DNA from: Gaiellales bacterium
GTDB taxonomy: Bacteria; Actinomycetota; Thermoleophilia; Gaiellales; JAICJC01
DNA length: 41,540 nucleotides
Direction: 5' to 3'
Assembly: GCA_035537835.1 (NCBI GenBank)
Contig: DATLLN010000118.1
Coordinates: 1-41,540, forward strand
The notes under the pieces are model-generated. The model worked only from the letters and a program-made list of their open reading frames with translations, had not been told where the DNA came from and did not search any database. A program made the translations under genes and the position numbers. This document shows, one piece after another, positions 29,591-37,321 of the stretch (position 1 is the first letter of the stretch; each line of letters starts with the position of its first letter).

Positions 29591-30153
29591 GCGCGTGCGA
29601 TGTACCGGGCCTCGCGGGTGTCGACGCGGATCACGTCCCCGACGTTGACGAAAAGGGGCACCTGCACGACTGCGCCCGTCTCCAGCGTCGCCGGCTTGGT
29701 CACGTTCGAGACGGTGTCGCCCTTGACGCCCGGCTCCGTATCGGTGACCGTCAGCTCGACCGCGGCCGGAAGCTGCAGGGACGTCGGCTTGCCGTCCACG
29801 GTCAGCAGCTGCACGGCGTCGTTCTCGCGCATGAAGGGGAGCTCCTCGGCCACCATGCCCACCGGCAGCGGGATCTGGTCGAACGTCTCGGCATCCATCA
29901 GGTGGACGTCCTGGCCGTCGTTGTACAGGTAGCTCACGCTCTTCATCTCGGTGCGGATGCGGGTCAGCTTCTCGCCGGCGCGAAAGGTCTTGTCGACGAC
30001 ACCGCCTGCGTCGATCGCCTTCAGCTTGGTGCGGACGAACGCGCCGCCCTTGCCCGGCTTGACGTGCTGGAACTCGACGATCCGGTAGATCGTGCCGTCG
30101 ACCTCGACGTGCATGCCGTTCTTGAACTGGTTGGTCGTGACGGTCTCAGCCAT
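29587..30153 (-). CDS. efp: Translation elongation factor P
   Basis: The 188-aa product has NQFKNGMHVEVDG, the VEFQHVKPGKGGAFVRTKLK loop and a typical C-terminal OB domain. Confidence 0.95.
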   Translation of the reverse strand: MAETVTTNQFKNGMHVEVDGTIYRIVEFQHVKPGKGGAFVRTKLKAIDAGGVVDKTFRAGEKLTRIRTEMKSVSYLYNDGQDVHLMDAETFDQIPLPVGMVAEELPFMRENDAVQLLTVDGKPTSLQLPAAVELTVTDTEPGVKGDTVSNVTKPATLETGAVVQVPLFVNVGDVIRVDTREARYIARA

Positions 30154-30171
30154 GGTCTCGCTTTCCCGGCA

Positions 30172-31254
30172 TCATCCGGTCGTGATCAGCTCCTTAGGGT
30201 AGCCCGTCAGGCGCTCGCAACCATCCGCCGTGACAACCACCAGGTCCTCGATCCGCACGCCGCCGACGCCGGGCAGGTAGATGCCGGGTTCCACTGTGAC
30301 GACCATGCCGGGCTCGAGAGTTGCGGACGAGCTGGGCGCGAGCCGCGGCGCCTCGTGGACGGCGAGCCCGACGCCGTGGCCCAGGCCGTGGCCGAAGTGC
30401 GCGCCGTGCCCCGCCGCCTCGATCATGTCGCGCGCCACCGCGTCGACCGCCGCCCCGCCGGCATCCGGGCGGACGGCATCGAGCGCGGCCAGCTGCGCCT
30501 CCAGACAGAGGTCGTACGCGGCGGCCAGCTCCTCGGGCAGGTCCCCCTCGGTGGCGAACGTGCGCGTGCAGTCCGAGCAGTAGCCCTCGAACACACACCC
30601 GATGTCCAGGGTGACCAGCGTGCCGGGGCCGATCACCTCGTCGCGCGGCTCCGCGTGCGGCAGTGCGCCGGCCGCGCCGGAGGCGACGATCGAGTCGAAC
30701 GACGGGCCTTCGGCGCCCGCCTCGTGGAACCGCTCAAGCACGCGCCACGCGACCTCGCGCTCGGTGCGGCCGATCAGCCCCTCCTCGGCGATCCCCTCGT
30801 ACACGCCCTCCAGCACGGCCGCCGCGCGCCGCACGGCGGCGATCTCGTCGGCGTCCTTGACCGCGCGCAGCGCCTCGACCACTCCGGACTGCGGCGTGAT
30901 CTCGACCCCGGACAGCTCCTCGGTCAACCGGCGGTGGCGCGCGACGGTCAGGTTGCCCTCCTCGAAGCCGAGCGTCCCGCCGTCCGTCAGCTCGCGCGCC
31001 GCTTCCGCCAGCTCGGCCAGCATCTCGCGCTCGCCGCGCCGGACGTCCGTGAACTCGCGCAGCGGCTGTGCCCGCTCCACATAACGGAAGTCGGTCAGGA
31101 ACACCGAGGCCGACGGCGCGACGACGAGCATCGCGTTCGAGCCGGTGAAGCCGGTCAGGTAGCGGATGTTGACGAGGTCGGTGAGCAGCAGCGCGCCCAG
31201 GCCGAGCTCCTCCACCCGCTCGCCGGCACGCGCCAGCCGGTCGCCGTAGCTCAC
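30172..31254 (-). CDS. Xaa-Pro aminopeptidase/dipeptidase (M24B)
   Basis: The product has a creatinase-like N-domain (NIRYLTGFTGS) and M24 metal ligands (DIGCVFEGYCSDCTRT, HGLGHGVGLAVHE, VTVEPGIY, IEDLV). The GTG at 31254 forms a GTGA overlap with the aroQ stop. Confidence 0.88.
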   Translation of the reverse strand: MSYGDRLARAGERVEELGLGALLLTDLVNIRYLTGFTGSNAMLVVAPSASVFLTDFRYVERAQPLREFTDVRRGEREMLAELAEAARELTDGGTLGFEEGNLTVARHRRLTEELSGVEITPQSGVVEALRAVKDADEIAAVRRAAAVLEGVYEGIAEEGLIGRTEREVAWRVLERFHEAGAEGPSFDSIVASGAAGALPHAEPRDEVIGPGTLVTLDIGCVFEGYCSDCTRTFATEGDLPEELAAAYDLCLEAQLAALDAVRPDAGGAAVDAVARDMIEAAGHGAHFGHGLGHGVGLAVHEAPRLAPSSSATLEPGMVVTVEPGIYLPGVGGVRIEDLVVVTADGCERLTGYPKELITTG

Positions 31255-31685
31255 CCGCCGCGCTCCGTGAGGTGCGCCATCGCCTCGCGGTAGCCGTCGA
31301 CGCCGTGCCCCGAGATGCGATAGTCGACCACCTCGGCGATCACCGAGTGGCGGCGCCACTCCTCCCGCTGCTCGACCGCGGACAGGTGCACCTCGACCTT
31401 CGGGCGGTCGAAGACCTCGAGCGCATCGCGGATCGCGTAGCTGTAGTGCGTCCAGGCGCCGGGGTTGACGATCAAGGCGTCGACCCCGCCGGTGTATGCC
31501 TCATGGATCATGTCGACGTAGGCGCCTTCGCTGTTGGTCTGCCAACAGCGCGCGGTCACCCCCACGTCCGACGCCCACCCGTAGATCAACGTCTCCAGCT
31601 GCGACAACGTGGTCGACCCGTAGACCGCGGGATCGCGCTTGCCCAGCATGTTCAGGTTGACCCCGTTGAGGATGACGATCTGCAT
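31251..31685 (-). CDS. aroQ: Type II 3-dehydroquinate dehydratase
   Basis: The 144-aa product from the ATG at 31685 has ILNGVNLNMLGKRDPAVYG, QTNSEG, VNPGAWTHYSYAIRDA and EVHLS. Confidence 0.92.
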   Translation of the reverse strand: MQIVILNGVNLNMLGKRDPAVYGSTTLSQLETLIYGWASDVGVTARCWQTNSEGAYVDMIHEAYTGGVDALIVNPGAWTHYSYAIRDALEVFDRPKVEVHLSAVEQREEWRRHSVIAEVVDYRISGHGVDGYREAMAHLTERGG

Positions 31686-31732
31686 CAGCCCGCGCAGCCT
31701 ACGACATGGGCGTCCCGTAAGCTCTGCGCGCC

Positions 31733-32422
31733 ATGCTGGCGCACCTCCGAAATCCCCGCACCGACCGCTACGCGCTTCTGCTGCTCCTGATCCTCCTGAC
31801 GATCGTCTCCATCTCGGCATCGGACGCCGGCACCTGGGGCCGTGTGGTGACGATGGTGCTGATCAGCGGCACCGTGCTGTTGGCGCTGCGAACATCGAAC
31901 GCCCGCCCCTTGACCATCCGGGTCGCGTTGGGGCTCGTGGCCATCGGCATCGCCTCGTCGCTGATCGCCGCCACTGGCGGTGAGCACAACACGGTCGACT
32001 GGGTGACAAACATGATGGCCGTGATGCTGGCCGCCGTGGTGCCTTTCGCGATCGCCCGCGAGCTCTGGCGGCACCCCAAGGTGACCGCCGAGACGGTGAT
32101 GGGTGCGCTCTGCATCTACCTGCTGTTGGGGATGATGTTCGCCCTGGCCTTCGGGGTCGCGGCCGACATCAGCGGCGACCCGTTCTTCGTCCAGACCAAA
32201 ACGCCGAATGCGGCCGACTACGTCTACTTCAGCTACGTGACCATGGCGACCGTTGGCTACGGCGATCTCACAGCCTCGGGTTCAGCGGAGCGGATGATGG
32301 CTGCGCTCGAGGGCCTGGTCGGGCAGCTCTATCTGGTGACGGTGGTGGCGCTGCTCGTCAGCAACCTCGGTCGCGAGCGCAGCTTCGGCAAGCGCGGCGA
32401 CCGCGACGACGACTCGGGCTGA
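31733..32422 (+). CDS. Potassium channel (TVGYGD pore) membrane protein
   Basis: The 229-aa product has about 6 hydrophobic helices and the canonical selectivity filter TMATVGYGD. It is divergent from aroQ across a 47-nt gap. Confidence 0.85.
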   Translation: MLAHLRNPRTDRYALLLLLILLTIVSISASDAGTWGRVVTMVLISGTVLLALRTSNARPLTIRVALGLVAIGIASSLIAATGGEHNTVDWVTNMMAVMLAAVVPFAIARELWRHPKVTAETVMGALCIYLLLGMMFALAFGVAADISGDPFFVQTKTPNAADYVYFSYVTMATVGYGDLTASGSAERMMAALEGLVGQLYLVTVVALLVSNLGRERSFGKRGDRDDDSG

Positions 32423-32719
32423 CTACTCGACCGCGGTCTCGAGCGAGCGACGGACCTCCCACAGGGAGACGTCCGACAGCTCGGGGTCGACGACCGGGGT
32501 GAACTCGCGCGGCGGCCGGCGCTTCGCCGAGACGCCGTTCCACATTGCGATCATCTCGCGGGCGAAGAGCGCCAGCAGCGGAACCGCGACCGCCAGCGCG
32601 ATGACGCTGGCCCGTGTGTCGTCCGTTCCGACGATCAGGAGCGCGGCTGAAAAACCGACGGCGAAGCTGGCCAGGATCCCGGCCGCCAGGACCACCACTC
32701 GCCAAATCGTGCCCGCCAT
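32423..32719 (-). CDS. Small two-TM membrane protein, unknown function
   Basis: The 98-aa product has high GC3 codon usage, a GAAGGA ribosome-binding site upstream of the ATG and two hydrophobic helices. I recognise no family. Confidence 0.5.
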   Translation of the reverse strand: MAGTIWRVVVLAAGILASFAVGFSAALLIVGTDDTRASVIALAVAVPLLALFAREMIAMWNGVSAKRRPPREFTPVVDPELSDVSLWEVRRSLETAVE

Positions 32720-32771
32720 GTGTACCGTCCTTCGCCCTCGTTGCTGTCGAGGGACAGCGGATCATACTCAA

Positions 32772-34265
32772 TCATTCGACGGCTCGCGCGATCGCGCTGT
32801 CGATCAGATCGTCCGGCACGTCGACGCCGTGCACCGGCGATCCGACCCCCTCGAGCAGCACGAATCGCACGCGCCCGGAGCGAGCCTTCTTGTCGCGGGA
32901 GAGGGCGGCGCGCACCTCCGCGCGGTCGACGCCGCTCCAGGACGTCGGCAGCTCGTGATGGACCAGCAGCTCACGCACCTCGTCCTCGACAGCCGGGTCG
33001 AGGCCGCAGAGCTGGGTCGACAGCCAGAGCGCCGGCAGCAGGCCGACGGCCACCGCCTCGCCGTGGCTGATGCCGGTGTACCCGGCCGCGGCCTCGATGG
33101 CGTGGCCAATCGAGTGGCCCAGGTTGAGGATGGCCCGCCGCCCTTGCTCCTGGGGGTCCTCTGCGACCACCCGGGCCTTGAACGCCGCGCACCGGCGGAT
33201 CAGCTCGAGCCGCCGCTCCGGCGTGCCCCGGCCCGGCTCCCAGCCGGTGACCATCTCCCACGTCCGTCCGCCCGCGAGCAGCCCGGTCTTGATCACCTCG
33301 GCGAACCCGGCCGTCCACTCGCGCAGGGGCAGCGTGTCGAGCACGCCGGGGTCGGCGACCACCCACTCGGCGGGGTGGAACGCGCCGACGTAGTTCTTGG
33401 CGGCGGGCAGGTCGATGCCGGTCTTGCCGCCGATCGCGGCGTCCACCATCCCCAGCAGCGTGGTCGGGACGGCGATCCATGGCACGCCGCGCTGGTAGGT
33501 CGCGGCCACGAATCCGGCCAGGTCGGTCGCCGCGCCCCCGCCGAGCCCGACCACGACGTCGCCACGCTCCAGGCCGAGCTCCGCCAGCCGCGTCCACGCC
33601 TGGCGGGCGACGGCGACGGTCTTGGCCGCCTCGCCCGACGGCAGCCGCACGGTGACCAGCGGCTCGACCGGCGTACCCACCAGCCGCAGCACGGCCCGAT
33701 CGGCCACCAGCGCCGACCGCCGCGGGTGCACCAGCCGGGGCAGCTCCTCGATCGCACCGGCGCGGCACAGCGGTACCAGCAGCGGCTCGAGGCCGCTCAT
33801 CTCGTCGGCGTCGACCAGCGCATCGGCCGCGTCCCGGTAGGCGGGCTGCCGCTCCCGGTAGAGATCGGCGAAGCGCGCCGGGTCGACGGCCAGCGGGCGC
33901 TCGCCGGCCTCGGCCTCGACGCGCCGCCATGCGGTCTGCGGGGAGACGTCGAGCAGCACGGTGAACGTCCCATCGCGCAGCCGCTCACGGATCAGCGGCG
34001 ACCCGACGGCCCCGCCGCCCAGGCTGACCACGGTGTCCATCCGCTGCAGCAGCTCGTCGACGACCCGCTCCTCGAGCTCGCGGAACACGGCCTCGCCGTC
34101 GTCGGCGAAGATCGCCGGAACCGGCTTGCCCACCGCCTGCTCGATGGCGGCGTCGGCATCGACCGCATCCCAGCCCAGCTCGCTCGCCAGGATGCCCGCC
34201 GTGGTGGTCTTGCCGGCGCCCATGAACCCGATCAGGGCGAGGTTCCGGTAGGGCCCGGGGATCAT
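32772..34265 (-). CDS. aroKB: Bifunctional shikimate kinase / 3-dehydroquinate synthase
   Basis: The N-terminal AroK part has a P-loop (LIGFMGAGKTT) and DAD...FRELE. The AroB part has GGGAATDLAGFVAATYQRG, PTTLLGMVDAAIGGKTG and LNLGHSIGHAIE. There is an ATGA overlap with aroC. Confidence 0.9.
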   Translation of the reverse strand: MIPGPYRNLALIGFMGAGKTTTAGILASELGWDAVDADAAIEQAVGKPVPAIFADDGEAVFRELEERVVDELLQRMDTVVSLGGGAVGSPLIRERLRDGTFTVLLDVSPQTAWRRVEAEAGERPLAVDPARFADLYRERQPAYRDAADALVDADEMSGLEPLLVPLCRAGAIEELPRLVHPRRSALVADRAVLRLVGTPVEPLVTVRLPSGEAAKTVAVARQAWTRLAELGLERGDVVVGLGGGAATDLAGFVAATYQRGVPWIAVPTTLLGMVDAAIGGKTGIDLPAAKNYVGAFHPAEWVVADPGVLDTLPLREWTAGFAEVIKTGLLAGGRTWEMVTGWEPGRGTPERRLELIRRCAAFKARVVAEDPQEQGRRAILNLGHSIGHAIEAAAGYTGISHGEAVAVGLLPALWLSTQLCGLDPAVEDEVRELLVHHELPTSWSGVDRAEVRAALSRDKKARSGRVRFVLLEGVGSPVHGVDVPDDLIDSAIARAVE

Positions 34266-35446
34266 GCCCGGGCGATGCGATCGAGGTAGGCGCGGTGGGC
34301 GGCCACCAGATCCTCCACCGCGTCGCCGCCGAACTTCTCCAGCGCCGCCCGCGCCAGCTCGAAGGCGAGCGCGGCCTCGGCCACCACAGCCGCGGCCGGG
34401 AGCACCGTGACGTCGCTGCGCTCGACGTGCGCCTCGCGCGGTTCGTGCGTGCCCAGCTCGACGCTGCGCAGCGGCCGCATCAGGGTGGGCAGCGGCTTCC
34501 AGATCACCCGGACGATCACCTCGGCGCCGTTCGTCATGCCGCCCTCGAGTCCGCCCGCGCGATCAGTCTCGCGGTGGTAGCCGGCGTCGCCGGAGTGCAG
34601 GATCTCGTCGTGGACGCTCGACCCCCGGCGGCCGGCCGAGGCGATCGCGTCGCCGATCTCGACGCCCTTCGCGGACTGGATCGAGAGCATGGCCGCTGCG
34701 ATCCGGCCGTCGAGCCGCGCCCCGGCGGAGACGTGCGACCCGAGCCCCGGCGGGACGTTGAACGCTCGCACCTCGGTCACGCCGCCCAGCGTGTCGCGCT
34801 CCTTCTTGGCGGCCTCGATCTCGGCGATCATCGCGGCCTCGGCCGTCGGGTCGAGGCAGCGCACCTCCGAGCGCTCCGCGCGCTCGAAGTCGTCGATCGA
34901 CAGCCAGGCCGGGGGCGTCGCCCGCACCGTGCCCACCTGCAGGACGTGCGAGCGCACCTCGATGCCGATCGCCCGGCAGATCGCCTTGGCCACGGCACCG
35001 GCGGCGACCCGCGCCGCCGTCTCGCGGGCGCTCGCGCGCTCCAGCACGTTGCGCACGTCCTGGTGCCCGTACTTGAGGACGCCCGGGAGGTCGGCGTGCC
35101 CGGGCCGAGGAAGCCGGATCGGCTTGCCCCGCCAGCCGTACTCCTCGAGCTCCTCGGGGGTCACCGGCCACGCGCTCATCGGGTGCGTCCAGTTCCTGTG
35201 ATCGCGGTTCTCGATGAAGAACGCGATGGGGCTGCCCAGCGCGTGGCCGTGGCGGATGCCGCCGAGCGGCCGTACGTCGTCCTGCTCGAGCTTTTGGCGC
35301 GGGCTGCGGCCGTAGCCCGCCTGGCGGCGCGCCAGGTCGCGGCGGATCAGCTCGTGGTCGAGCTCGACGCCCGCCGGCACGCCGCTGACGACGACCGTCA
35401 GGCCTGGCCCGTGCGATTCGCCGGCGGTGACGTACGTGAGCTCCAT
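34262..35446 (-). CDS. aroC: Chorismate synthase
   Basis: The 394-aa product has TAGESHGPGL, RPGHADL, ERASARETAARVAAGAVA and SDVTVLPAAAVV. Confidence 0.95.
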   Translation of the reverse strand: MELTYVTAGESHGPGLTVVVSGVPAGVELDHELIRRDLARRQAGYGRSPRQKLEQDDVRPLGGIRHGHALGSPIAFFIENRDHRNWTHPMSAWPVTPEELEEYGWRGKPIRLPRPGHADLPGVLKYGHQDVRNVLERASARETAARVAAGAVAKAICRAIGIEVRSHVLQVGTVRATPPAWLSIDDFERAERSEVRCLDPTAEAAMIAEIEAAKKERDTLGGVTEVRAFNVPPGLGSHVSAGARLDGRIAAAMLSIQSAKGVEIGDAIASAGRRGSSVHDEILHSGDAGYHRETDRAGGLEGGMTNGAEVIVRVIWKPLPTLMRPLRSVELGTHEPREAHVERSDVTVLPAAAVVAEAALAFELARAALEKFGGDAVEDLVAAHRAYLDRIARA

Positions 35447-35551
35447 CGGGTGGCCAAGCCTATCCGGGGCTCGGTGCCACCGGGGTCAGGAACCTCTGGA
35501 CCGGACCGAGACTTCAGTTTGGAGCACCACAGTGCCGATGCACACGATGCA

Positions 35552-35782
35552 GTGTTCGGGGTCCTTCGAGCAGCAGTGATTGTCGCGGCGATCGCCATCG
35601 CCGCGGGATGTGGCCAGGCGTCGGGCGGCGACAGCGTGGTGCACCCGGCGACATTCGACACAGGCGGCCAGGGCTCGGGCAGCACAGGCGACAGCGGCAA
35701 GCAGGGTGCGGTCCACCGGGTCGCGCAGTACGACCTACAGCAACTCTCGGTCCGCGGCACCCGCCTCACCGCGTCGACCTGA
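35552..35782 (+). CDS. Putative small lipoprotein (76 aa)
   Basis: The GTG at 35552 gives FGVLRAAVIVAAIAIAAG-C, a lipobox-like AAGC, followed by a Gly/Ser-rich mature part. It lies in an otherwise unassigned 346-nt gap. No clear ribosome-binding site is present, and an alternative TTG start lies at 35518. Confidence 0.35.
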   Translation: MFGVLRAAVIVAAIAIAAGCGQASGGDSVVHPATFDTGGQGSGSTGDSGKQGAVHRVAQYDLQQLSVRGTRLTAST

Positions 35783-35792
35783 CGGCCGGTTG

Positions 35793-36599
35793 TTACTGCG
35801 CGACGAAGCCGCCGTCGATCACTAGCGATGTCCCGGTGACGTAGGCCGCGTCGTCGGACAGCAGGAAGGCGACCGAGGGCGCGACATCGGCTGCGGTGCC
35901 CTGGCGATTCATAGGGATGGCTTGCTTGACCGCCTCGTCGATCTCCCGGGCGGTCATCCCGGCGTCGTCGAAGATCGGGTCGTTGAACCCCGTATCGATC
36001 CATCCCGGGCAGACGCAGTTGACCCTGATTCCATCCTTGGCGAAGTCGATCGCCATCTGGCGGCTCAGCTGCAGCACGGCACCCTTCGTGGAGTCGTAGG
36101 AGACGCAGTTGGGCTCGCCGACGAGCGATGCCGTCGACCCGGTGTTGACGATCGCGCCGCCGCCCTGGCGCTGCATGTGCGGGATCACCGCGCGGGCCAC
36201 GAGCAGCACGCCCTTGACGTTCACGGCGAAGTGCAGATCCCAGTCCTCGAGGCGCTGCGTCAGCGCGGTGCCGGGGATCAGCACACCCGCGTTGTTGTGC
36301 AGCACGTCGATCCGGCCAAAGCGTTCGATGCAGGCGGCGACCATGCGCTCGACGCTCGCCTCGTCGCGAACGTCGCACTCCAGCGCCAGCCCGTCGCTTC
36401 CCTCCGCCTCCAGCAGGACGACAGTCTCCTGCGCGGCCGCGAGCCGGACGTCGGCCACCGCCACGGACGCTCCCTCACGCGCGAGCCGGAGCGCGCTTTC
36501 ACGCCCGATCGCACCGCCGGCGCCGGTCACCAGACCGACCTGGCCGACGAACCGCCGCGGGAATCCCTCGGGAACGTTCACCGCGCTCCAACGTAACAC
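35793..36599 (-). CDS. SDR family oxidoreductase
   Basis: The product has VTGAGGAIG, NNAG, a YDSTK catalytic Tyr-x3-Lys and a PGWIDT motif. The start is GTG at 36599 or GTG at 36581. Confidence 0.85.
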   Translation of the reverse strand: MLRWSAVNVPEGFPRRFVGQVGLVTGAGGAIGRESALRLAREGASVAVADVRLAAAQETVVLLEAEGSDGLALECDVRDEASVERMVAACIERFGRIDVLHNNAGVLIPGTALTQRLEDWDLHFAVNVKGVLLVARAVIPHMQRQGGGAIVNTGSTASLVGEPNCVSYDSTKGAVLQLSRQMAIDFAKDGIRVNCVCPGWIDTGFNDPIFDDAGMTAREIDEAVKQAIPMNRQGTAADVAPSVAFLLSDDAAYVTGTSLVIDGGFVAQ

Positions 36600-36636
36600 C
36601 CGGAGCCCCGGATGGTCAACGCCTGACTACGAGCTC

Positions 36637-37272
36637 TCAGCCGCCGATCAGGATCGGCGAGATGTCCCCGCCCCAGATCAGGGCGACGACGGCGCCGAAC
36701 GCGAGGAACGGGCCGAACGGCACGTACGTCTTGAGCCCCTTGCGGCCGCGCGTCGTCAGCAGGAGCATCGACAGCACGGTCGACGCCAGGAAGGCGGCGA
36801 ACAGGGCGAAGAAGGCGTGCTGACCGAGGCCGAGGCCGATCATCAGCGCCATCTTCACGTCACCCATGCCCATGCCTTTCGGCGACACCACGTGGGCGAC
36901 GAAGAAGAACAGGAAGCAGCCGAGACCGCCCAGCAGCAGCTCCAGCCAGCGGTCGGGCTGCACGGCGACCGACACCACGTAGACGGCGACGGCTCCGGGC
37001 AGGTTGATCATGTCGGGGATGATCCGGTGCTCCAGGTCGATCGCCGCAGCCGGCACGACCAGCGCGGTCAGCAGCAGCGCCGGGAGCAGCTCGGGGACGA
37101 TGCCGATCGAGAGCGCCTCCAGCGCGAACAGCAGCGCGGTGATGCCGGCGACGATCCACCGCCGCCTGCTCGACGGCGCGGTGCCGACGCCCTGCGGGAA
37201 CCGCTGGATCACCCACTCCAACGGCCACCCGAGCGCGAATCCGAATCCTGCGAGGGGAAGCACGGCCTCCAT
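36637..37272 (-). CDS. A24 family prepilin peptidase (short, no methyltransferase domain)
   Basis: The 211-aa polytopic membrane protein from the ATG at 37272 carries the two catalytic Asp motifs (RIIPD and GMGMGDVK). Confidence 0.8.
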   Translation of the reverse strand: MEAVLPLAGFGFALGWPLEWVIQRFPQGVGTAPSSRRRWIVAGITALLFALEALSIGIVPELLPALLLTALVVPAAAIDLEHRIIPDMINLPGAVAVYVVSVAVQPDRWLELLLGGLGCFLFFFVAHVVSPKGMGMGDVKMALMIGLGLGQHAFFALFAAFLASTVLSMLLLTTRGRKGLKTYVPFGPFLAFGAVVALIWGGDISPILIGG

Positions 37273-37308
37273 ACGTCTTTGAGTATCGGCCGGCGGGCGC
37301 CCGGGCTG

Positions 37309-37314
37309 TAGATT
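37309..37314 (+). promoter_or_regulatory. Candidate -10 (TAGATT) 7 nt upstream of ATG, suggesting a possible leaderless mRNA
   Basis: The sequence tagatt-ccgcccg-ATG precedes the FAD oxidoreductase gene, and no Shine-Dalgarno sequence is present. This is pattern only. Confidence 0.25.
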
Positions 37315-37321
37315 CCGCCCG

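Noticed and set aside
31659-31667. A match of GACCCCGTT (half of the nadK/recN palindrome core) inside aroQ.
   Set aside because: It is a single 9-mer within coding sequence (VNGL codons) with no inverted partner. It is probably a chance match.
32735-32753. The inverted repeat CCCTCG-N7-CGAGGG between aroKB and the small membrane ORF, considered as a terminator.
   Set aside because: The stem is only 6 bp with no U-tract. A ribosome-binding site for the downstream ORF follows directly, so co-transcription is more likely.
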